64,000 nt of DNA, from assembly GCA_020444065.1 (NCBI GenBank), contig JAHLLQ010000010.1, forward strand, positions 76,866 to 140,865, read 5' to 3'. The position numbers and the translations under genes were made by a program. Under the pieces are notes generated by a model. It saw only the letters and a list, made by a program, of their open reading frames with translations, was not told where the DNA came from and did no database searches. Origin of the DNA: a bacterium. GTDB lineage: Bacteria; Sumerlaeota; Sumerlaeia; SLMS01; JAHLLQ01. This document shows positions 57,160-64,000 of this stretch, piece after piece (within the stretch, counting starts at the first letter, position 1; every line of letters begins with the position of its first letter).

Positions 57160-58064
57160 CCCAGCAGTTCTCGGTTCTGATCTTGACCCTCAACGAGCGG
57201 AAAAATATCCGCCCGTGCCTTCGCAATGTGCTCCGGTTCACGGACGACGTTGTGGTGCTGGACAGTGGGAGCATCGATGGCACGCAGGAGATGGCGCAGG
57301 ATGTGGGGGCGCGCGTTTTCGAGAACCCATTCGTCAATTTCGCCACTCAGCGCAATTATGGTCTGCGCGTGTGCGACCTGAAGCATCCGTGGGCGTTCCA
57401 CCTGGACGCGGACGAGCGGCTGACTCCGGCGGTGGTGGACGAGTGCCGTCGTCGCATGGCAGAGGATCGCCACAGCGGGTATTTCGTTCCGGCGAAGCAG
57501 GTCGTCTTTGGACGGTGGCTGCGCCACGCGTCGTGCTACCCGGTTTACCAGATGCGTTTTCACAAGATCGGCGAGGTCGAATTCATCCAGGTCGGACACG
57601 GTCAGCGCGAAGGTAAGAGTCAGCGCGGGATCGCGCACTTCGACGAACCGTACGTGCATTATCCGTTTTCGAAGGGATTGTCGGACTGGTTCGCGCGGCA
57701 CAATCGCTACAGCACGGACGAGGCGCTGGAAGTCGTCGAGAAGTCGGACGAGTCGATCGCGGAGTTGCTGCGCAAGGTGACGTCGACGGACGACCTGGTG
57801 CGATGGCGTTCGCTGAAGCGTCTGTCGAGCCGCGTGCCGTTTCCGGCGGCGGTTTCGTTTCTCTACCTGTACCTGATTCGCGGCGGTGTGCTGGATCGCA
57901 AGGCGGGACTGACGTACTGCTGGCTGCAGGCGATGTACCAGGAGATGATTCGTCTGAAGGTGGCGGAGATTCGTCAGGAACAGCGTGCGTCGGCCAACAA
58001 TGGATGCAGCGGCAAGAGCGCTACGGCGTCGCGGCCGAGTAAATCGCCCAGCCCATCCCCATAA
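57156..58064 (+). CDS. Glycosyltransferase family 2
   Basis: N-terminal SVLILTLNE, a DxD-like motif DSGSID and a GT-A fold are present. The start overlaps the stop of the previous gene. Confidence 0.85.
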   Translation: MTQQFSVLILTLNERKNIRPCLRNVLRFTDDVVVLDSGSIDGTQEMAQDVGARVFENPFVNFATQRNYGLRVCDLKHPWAFHLDADERLTPAVVDECRRRMAEDRHSGYFVPAKQVVFGRWLRHASCYPVYQMRFHKIGEVEFIQVGHGQREGKSQRGIAHFDEPYVHYPFSKGLSDWFARHNRYSTDEALEVVEKSDESIAELLRKVTSTDDLVRWRSLKRLSSRVPFPAAVSFLYLYLIRGGVLDRKAGLTYCWLQAMYQEMIRLKVAEIRQEQRASANNGCSGKSATASRPSKSPSPSP

Positions 58065-58323
58065 TTCCAAACCCGCCGAAGAACGCCAGAATCACCCACG
58101 GCTTGAACTTCGATTCGTATTCCCAGATCGTGTAGTACAACACGTATGCGTAGAGGAAGCCGCACGTCGCGAACGGTCCGATCAAGATCAGCAGACCTTT
58201 GATCCAGCTTTCCTGCAACGCGTCGATCAGAACGAACATCCATCCGACAACGACGCAGATGAAGCCGAACAGGGCGACCAGAACGCCCAGTACCTGGATT
58301 GCATTGGCGTAGTGCAGGTTCAT
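58021..58323 (-). CDS. Small 3-TM membrane protein
   Basis: 100 aa, strongly hydrophobic, with good codon appearance. Convergent 44-bp overlap with the GT2 3' end. Confidence 0.5.
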   Translation of the reverse strand: MNLHYANAIQVLGVLVALFGFICVVVGWMFVLIDALQESWIKGLLILIGPFATCGFLYAYVLYYTIWEYESKFKPWVILAFFGGFGIMGMGWAIYSAATP

Positions 58324-58412
58324 CGAGACCCTCGCTCAATCCCAAACGTGAGGGGGCATTTGTTCTTTGGTTTCTGTTTACGTCAAGATTGGGTTGGAGG
58401 GGCAAGGGAAAC

Positions 58413-58548
58413 CCCAGGGCTTTCGCCCTCGGCTGATATGCAACGGGGCGTTGCCCCTTTCATTGACTGCAGGGCCGATTCGCGTGCTCGTGCTTAGCGG
58501 AGCGGTGCTCGTTCTCGATGATCGATTGCGATGACGCGCATGAGCACG
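58413..58548. repeat. About 136-bp direct repeat, copy 1 (modules B and D-variant, with an internal inverted repeat gcgtgctcgtgc...gcatgagcacg)
   Basis: About 93% identical to 58727-58854. Confidence 0.65.
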
Positions 58549-58560
58549 ACATTGCCGATT

Positions 58561-58590
58561 GAGGTGACTTGGCCATCCTTGGCCAAGAGC
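58561..58590. repeat. Repeat module E in inverted orientation (gaggtgacttggccatccttggccaagagc)
   Basis: Reverse complement of the E consensus. Confidence 0.55.
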
Positions 58591-58726
58591 GGTCAGGGAG
58601 GTGGTGGTTGGCGCGGGAATGCTCGGAATCATCGCGGGGTTGGGCGCGCGTCTCGATCTTGGAAAAGCGAATCGATAGGCCACGCCTTCAGCGCTCGGCG
58701 AGGGGGCGCATGCGAGCCCCAGGGCT

Positions 58727-58854
58727 TTCGCCCTCGGCTGAGATGCAACGGGGCGTTGCCCCTTTCATTGACTGCAGGGATGATTCGCGTGCTCGTGCTC
58801 AGCGGAGCGGTGCTCGTTCTCGATGATCGATTACGATGACGCGCACGAGCACGA
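58727..58854. repeat. About 136-bp direct repeat, copy 2
   Basis: Matches 58413-58548. Confidence 0.65.
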
Positions 58855-58866
58855 AGTGGACGTGCC

Positions 58867-60042
58867 TCACAAATCCATCGCGCGGGCGATTTCTTTGTCC
58901 ATCTCGGCGAGGCGGACGTTCCAGGTGTGGCGGCGGGCGAGGACTTGGCGTTGTTCGGCGAGTTCGCCGTCGGCGCGCAGCGATTCTTCGCAGGCACGCA
59001 CCCAGGTCGATGGGCGGCCGGCGAGACGGACGGCTTCGTGGTAGGGGAGAAGCGACGGTAGCGGCGAGGCGACGATCGGGCGGCCGGTTGCGCAGTATTC
59101 GAAAAACTTGAGTGGGAAGACGGCGCGCGTTGCGCGGTTGCGCACGTAGGGAATCAAGAGCAAGTCCGCCGCGTGCAGGTACGCCGGCAGATCGCGATAC
59201 GGCACGTGGCCGAGGAAGTGGACGTTCGACATTTTGCGCAGGCGTTGCAGCGTGGCGTTCTCGTCGGCTCCTTCCCAGACCGGGCCGATCAGGATCAATT
59301 GCCAATCGGGGCGTTCGCGCGCGAGGTGTTCGAGGATGCGCAGGTCGACTTTGTGCGGCGCGAGGTGTCCGCTGAAGACAAGGCGCGGTCCATCGAGTTG
59401 GCGGAGCTTCGCGAGGCGTTCGTCGTCGACTTCGCGTGGGCGCGCGAAGTGCCGGTAGTCGGCGACGTTGGGCATGAAGCGCGCCGCGGGGTTTACGGCG
59501 GCCGCGCGATCGTAGAGGCTGCGCTCGGTGCAGAACACGCAATCGGCGCGGGCGAGGAGGCGGGCTTCGGCTTCGCGAATGGCGTGTTCGTCGGCGCCGG
59601 GGACGGCGGCAAGATCATCGACCATGTGATAGACGACGAGCTTCGGCTTGAATTGATCGAGCAGATACACGGCGTAGGGCGAGTAGACCCACACGATGGG
59701 CACGGGGAATTGCTTTCGCACGTTGCGAACTTGCGCCTGGAAGGCGATTTGGTTCGCGGCGCGCGCGGTGAGGCTGCCCCAGCCGGGGCGCACGAGCGGC
59801 GACAACGTCCAGAGCTGCTTTCCGCGGCGGCTCGGGCCTTCGAACGTGCGGCGCAGGCGACGGCCGATTCGGGCGAGGTCTGTGCCGGATGCCATACAGG
59901 GGGCGCGCGTGCCGAGCGTCTCGATAAACAGAACGCGGTTCCTGCGGGCAAGGCGCCGCATCAGCTGGTGCTTGTTGGTCGGCAGCAGCGTGTCCCAGTC
60001 GGCGGTGGAGAAGCAGACGATGTTCTGGTCGTTCAGACGCAT
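58867..60042 (-). CDS. Glycosyltransferase, GT4-like (TuaH-like)
   Basis: GT-B fold. C-terminal motif is HFLGHVPYRDLPAYLHAADLLLIPY...KFFEY. Confidence 0.75.
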   Translation of the reverse strand: MRLNDQNIVCFSTADWDTLLPTNKHQLMRRLARRNRVLFIETLGTRAPCMASGTDLARIGRRLRRTFEGPSRRGKQLWTLSPLVRPGWGSLTARAANQIAFQAQVRNVRKQFPVPIVWVYSPYAVYLLDQFKPKLVVYHMVDDLAAVPGADEHAIREAEARLLARADCVFCTERSLYDRAAAVNPAARFMPNVADYRHFARPREVDDERLAKLRQLDGPRLVFSGHLAPHKVDLRILEHLARERPDWQLILIGPVWEGADENATLQRLRKMSNVHFLGHVPYRDLPAYLHAADLLLIPYVRNRATRAVFPLKFFEYCATGRPIVASPLPSLLPYHEAVRLAGRPSTWVRACEESLRADGELAEQRQVLARRHTWNVRLAEMDKEIARAMDL

Positions 60043-60220
60043 AGTGGCTAGTGGCTAATTGTTGGTGCCCAGTGGCGACAAGTCGATTCAGTCATGCAAG
60101 GCGTGTTTGTCCCGCAATCCGTTGACGTCGCGGCGGTCGATTTGCAGCGTGTTGGGTGAATAACGTACAATGTTCCTCCGTAAAGATTGCGGAGTTTCCT
60201 AATTTCCGTGGGAGTTTGCC

Positions 60221-61246
60221 ATGTTTACGTTTTTTATCGTTCACGAGAAGACTGCGGCGGTGGTGGAGCGGCTCGGCCGGTTCCATCGAATCGCGATGCC
60301 GGGTTGGCATTGGAAGTCGCCGCTGGATCGCGTGGCGGGGCGGCTGAGTCTGCGCGTGCAGGAACTGAACGTCCACGTCGAGACGAAGACGCTCGATGAC
60401 GTGTTTGTGCGCCTGGCGGTTGCCGTGCAGTACTTCGTGATGCCGAATAAGATCAAGGAGGCGTTCTACGAGCTCTCCAATCCGCAAATGCAGATCGAGT
60501 CCTACATCTACGACGAGGTTCGCGCCCAGGTTCCGAAGATGAAGTTGGACGATGTCTTTCAGAATAAGGAAGACATCGCGAACGCCGTGAAGACGGGCCT
60601 CGAGGAAACGATGGCACAGTACGGCTACGACATTGTGAAGGCGTTGGTGAACGACATCGATCCGGACGCGAATGTGAAGAAGGCGATGAACGAGATCAAC
60701 GCCGCGCAACGCATTCGTCGCGCCGCGGAAGAACGCGGCGAAGCGGAGAAGATTCTGCGCGTGAAGCAGGCGGAAGCGGAAGCACGTTCGGCGATCCTGC
60801 GCGGTCAAGGTATCGCCGGCCAGCGCAAGGCGATCGTCGATGGTTTGCGCCAAAGCGTGGAGGAGTTTCAGAAGAGCGTTCCGGGCGCGACACCGAACGA
60901 CGTGATGCAACTGGTCGTCATGACGCAGTACTTCGATACGCTGAAGGAGATCGGTGCGTCGTCGCGTTCGAATGCGATTATGTTGCCGCACTCGCCGGGC
61001 GCCGTCGGCGAATTGAGCCAGATGATTCAACAGAGCATCATGATGGGCAATGTTGCTTCGGATCATGTTGCAGAAGCGGACCGTTCACGGCCCGAACCGA
61101 AGAAAGAACCGAACCCGATGGAGCACGATATCGCGGCGCAAAGCGTTTCGGATCTCGGCGGATACGAGCCGGAAGACTCCGCACCGCCGGAGGGCGAATC
61201 GGACGATCTTCCATACCCGAGAACGACTCCGCCGCGGAGGGGTTAA
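60221..61246 (+). CDS. SPFH/Band 7 domain protein (stomatin/prohibitin/flotillin-like) with an acidic C-terminal tail
   Basis: The layout is N-terminal hydrophobic segment, SPFH core and coiled-coil (RRAAEERGEAEKILRVKQAEAEAR). Confidence 0.8.
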   Translation: MFTFFIVHEKTAAVVERLGRFHRIAMPGWHWKSPLDRVAGRLSLRVQELNVHVETKTLDDVFVRLAVAVQYFVMPNKIKEAFYELSNPQMQIESYIYDEVRAQVPKMKLDDVFQNKEDIANAVKTGLEETMAQYGYDIVKALVNDIDPDANVKKAMNEINAAQRIRRAAEERGEAEKILRVKQAEAEARSAILRGQGIAGQRKAIVDGLRQSVEEFQKSVPGATPNDVMQLVVMTQYFDTLKEIGASSRSNAIMLPHSPGAVGELSQMIQQSIMMGNVASDHVAEADRSRPEPKKEPNPMEHDIAAQSVSDLGGYEPEDSAPPEGESDDLPYPRTTPPRRG

Positions 61247-61298
61247 GCGGGTTGTTTGAAGTCGCATCATTGGATGCAAAACAGAAAAAATAAATCAC

Positions 61299-61330
61299 AG
61301 GCGTGTCCTTTCGGGGACGCGCCTTTTTTT
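61299..61330. terminator. Rho-independent terminator
   Basis: aggcgtgtcc-tttcg-gggacgcgcct followed by TTTTTTT, with one mismatch in the stem. Confidence 0.7.
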
Positions 61331-61769
61331 GTAATGGCGCGTCTCGCGCAGCGGCGAAAATTAAAATCTGGACAAACACGAGCCGAATTGTCTTTTTGAT
61401 TGCCTTCGGACTTCTCTGCGTCCCTTTTATTCCTGAACTTGCATTCCAATATAGTCTTGAATGAGAAAGACTAGGTGAATGCCCAGCGTGCTTTGCCATA
61501 GGAGGGGATAGGCTTTTCGCCTGGCGCGTGGATTGTTGCTCGACCGGTCGGCACTGGGACCATTTGTTCCTGCCAACGGGACAGCTTCCCTGTATCCTGG
61601 CCCGTCCCGAATGACGGATGATCCGAACTGTAAATCACCGAAATATCATTGCTGTGCGGCCTCGACGCGGAGAGCGAATCTCCGCGCCGTTGCCATTGGG
61701 GGAACATCGCCCGCACTGAGTCGCGGGGAACCATCGATCAATACCAATCGCACACGGAGGGACGCAGTG

Positions 61770-64000
61770 ATGAGAGGCATCAGAAAAGGCAATTCAGAGA
61801 GGAGCGGAGGGAGCAGGGGAGGAGTCTGGGCGGGGGTGGTGGCCGCAGGAATACTGGCCTTGATATCAGGCAATGCGGGCGCTCAGTGGCCGGGGTTTCA
61901 AGTGGCCCCGGATTTTCCCGTTGGCGATGGACCCTACAACGAGTTGCAGTGCCTTGATGTGAATGGCGATGGACACCTGGATGTTCTTACCACAGAGATG
62001 TTGGATGATACCGTCTCGATCCTGCCGGGTAATGGAGACGGGTCCTTTGGGACTCGCATATCGTATGCCACTGGGGCATATCCCTATGCCTTAATCTGGG
62101 AGGATTTTGACGGAGATACGGTTCCCGATCTCGTGACGGCGAACAGGTTAGGCGGGAACGTGACATTCCTGAAGGGAAACGGAGACGGGACCTTTCAGGC
62201 GGGCGTGAACACCGCCGTCGCAACTGCCTGCAGCCATTTGGCAGCCGGTCACTTCAACGCCGACACCTTTCTGGACATTGTGACGGCCAACGATGCATCT
62301 TCGAACAACCTCTCGATTTTGCTTGGCAATGGAGATGGTACCTTTCAAGCGCCAATCAATTACACTGCTGGAGTGCGTGGGACGGCAGTTGTCGTTGGCG
62401 ACTGGAACGGCGACACGATCATGGACATTGCCAAGAATAACCCGACTCTTGATGGTGCCGCTGATACGATTCATGTGCTCTTGGGAAACGGGGATGGGAC
62501 GTTTGGAGCCCCCACCGGCTACACGGTCGGCAACGGTTCTTGGGACATCGCTGCGTGCTACTTGGATGCTGATACCGAATGGGACTTGGTTGTCTCAAAC
62601 ACCGCAACAGATGATGTTTCCGTTCTTATCGGAAATGGAGATGGAACATTCCAGCCTGCAGTCGAGCATCCAGCCGTTGACGGACCGCAGAAACTGCTTG
62701 TCGAGGATCTGGATGGCGATGGTCTGAACGATGTTGGCATTGTGGCGTATGGTTCTGTGATCGTCCTTACTGGAGATGGCAATGGGGCCTTGGTCGCTCC
62801 CGCATTCGCCTTGGGCAAGGGCAATGGTGTTGGCGATATTGCCGCAGGGGATGTTGATGAGGACGGGATATTAGATATCATTGCAGGGAATCACGCCGAT
62901 GATAGTATCTCAGTTCTTCGCGGTTTGGGTGGTGGCGAGTACGATACTCACCGCAACTACGTATCAGGAACTGGGGCAGTGGATGTCTGCAGTGAGGATT
63001 TCGATAAAGACGGAATTCGCGATCTGGTCTCGGCAGATGTAAACAACAACACCATTACCGTACTGTTTGGAGAGGGGGGAGGAGAATTCGGAACCCCCAC
63101 ACAGTTTGCGACAGCATTGAATCCTATGGCCTGCACGGTCGCCGATTTTGATGGAGACACAAATCTCGACGTTGTGACAGCGGACTTCGGTGCTGATGGG
63201 GTTTCTGTCTTAATGGGCTATGGAGACGGGACATTTGAGTCGGCTGTCAGCTATGCAACGGGAAGTGATCCGCGAGATGTAATCGCCGAAGATCTGAGCA
63301 ACGACGACATCCCAGACTTGGTTGTTCCGAACTACACCGCGAATACCGTGTCAATTCTACTGGGAAATGGTGATGGGACATTCCAGGCTCCGTTCGACTA
63401 CACCATCACCGGAAATCCGTTGGTTGTCGCGAGCGGATATTTTGATTCCGACGCAGAAGTTGATTTGGCGGTCACGCGGCCGGCAGATAGTCTTGTTTCC
63501 ATTCTCCTGGGAAATGGCGATGGCACTTTTGCAGTCGGAGGAGCATTCGCAACGGGAGCGTATCCGTGGCCGATTTGTGCTCTGGATGTCGATGACGATC
63601 TGATCGACGACCTGATCGTCGGGAATTACGGTGGAGGGACCTACTCCATTCTGCTCGGCAATGGCGATGGGACCTTCCAGGCTCACATGGAGACGGCGAC
63701 ATCCGTTGGGCAGGTACGCGGTATTGCCGTAGCAGACTTGGATGGCGATACGGTTCCAGACATCGTCATGAACGGAGCGGGGAAATCTGTTTATCTTCTA
63801 GGAAACGGCGACGGATCCTTTCAAAGCGAAATTGCGATTCCATCGGGAACTAATTCGACGGGGTTGTTTGTCGGAGATCTGGATGGCGATGCTGCAATGG
63901 ATGTGGCGATTGCCAACAACCAATCCGGCGATGTCTCCGTATTGCTGTATGCGTCCCACGAACCACATCTGGACACGACGCCCGACCTCGGTGCAGGCTG
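61770..64000 (+). CDS. Secreted FG-GAP/VCBS repeat protein, 3' end beyond the window
   Basis: RBS ggaggg at 61756-61761. The start is MRGIRKGN. Tandem repeats of about 50 aa follow, of the form [DN]..D..D.[VI]....S.L.GNGDGTF. The frame is open to position 64000. GC is about 54%. Confidence 0.8.
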   Translation, partial: MRGIRKGNSERSGGSRGGVWAGVVAAGILALISGNAGAQWPGFQVAPDFPVGDGPYNELQCLDVNGDGHLDVLTTEMLDDTVSILPGNGDGSFGTRISYATGAYPYALIWEDFDGDTVPDLVTANRLGGNVTFLKGNGDGTFQAGVNTAVATACSHLAAGHFNADTFLDIVTANDASSNNLSILLGNGDGTFQAPINYTAGVRGTAVVVGDWNGDTIMDIAKNNPTLDGAADTIHVLLGNGDGTFGAPTGYTVGNGSWDIAACYLDADTEWDLVVSNTATDDVSVLIGNGDGTFQPAVEHPAVDGPQKLLVEDLDGDGLNDVGIVAYGSVIVLTGDGNGALVAPAFALGKGNGVGDIAAGDVDEDGILDIIAGNHADDSISVLRGLGGGEYDTHRNYVSGTGAVDVCSEDFDKDGIRDLVSADVNNNTITVLFGEGGGEFGTPTQFATALNPMACTVADFDGDTNLDVVTADFGADGVSVLMGYGDGTFESAVSYATGSDPRDVIAEDLSNDDIPDLVVPNYTANTVSILLGNGDGTFQAPFDYTITGNPLVVASGYFDSDAEVDLAVTRPADSLVSILLGNGDGTFAVGGAFATGAYPWPICALDVDDDLIDDLIVGNYGGGTYSILLGNGDGTFQAHMETATSVGQVRGIAVADLDGDTVPDIVMNGAGKSVYLLGNGDGSFQSEIAIPSGTNSTGLFVGDLDGDAAMDVAIANNQSGDVSVLLYASHEPHLDTTPDLGAG

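Noticed and set aside
56946-58070. 374-aa minus-strand ORF
   Set aside because: Antisense to the Wzy_C and GT2 genes.
59173-60051. 292-aa plus-strand ORF
   Set aside because: Antisense to the GT4 gene at 58867-60042.
60092-61066. 324-aa minus-strand ORF
   Set aside because: Antisense to the SPFH gene.
63322-63603. 93-aa plus-strand ORF inside the terminal FG-GAP gene
   Set aside because: It is out of frame with the open repeat-protein frame (positions congruent to 0 mod 3), which reads through to the window edge.
1-64000. CRISPR array, rRNA or mobile-element genes
   Set aside because: No regularly spaced short repeats with unique spacers were found, no rRNA-like sequence, and no transposase, integrase or reverse-transcriptase ORFs. 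The abundant repeats are heterogeneous modules without the regular spacing of a CRISPR array.

Overview
This is a high-GC window (about 65% overall, with several lower-GC patches) that looks bacterial, most likely a PVC-type lineage such as Planctomycetota; the taxonomy is inferred from gene content only. I call about 50 protein genes and one tRNA.

Housekeeping genes:
- phosphoglycerate kinase
- adenosine deaminase
- LeuA/CimA-family synthase
- PilT ATPase
- ClpS adaptor
- BirA-like ligase
- class IV aminotransferase
- DJ-1/PfpI protein

Accessory content:
- a low-GC Type II restriction-modification cassette next to a tRNA-Leu
- large secreted FG-GAP/VCBS, HAF-repeat and beta-helix proteins, some with dockerin-like C-termini
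- an ECF sigma/anti-sigma/GT4 operon
- a MacAB-like efflux operon preceded by a Cys-rich small protein and an FHA-kinase
- a pilin-like gene next to a GT-C membrane glycosyltransferase
- an exopolysaccharide/glycan locus: three GT4, one GT2, a Wzy_C protein and an SPFH protein

The most unusual sequence-level feature is a modular family of intergenic repeats (modules A to E, many palindromic) present at eight or more loci in 64 kb. A GspE/PilB-like protein with a clearly degenerate Walker A is also notable. I saw no CRISPR array, no rRNA and no recognisable transposase or integrase.
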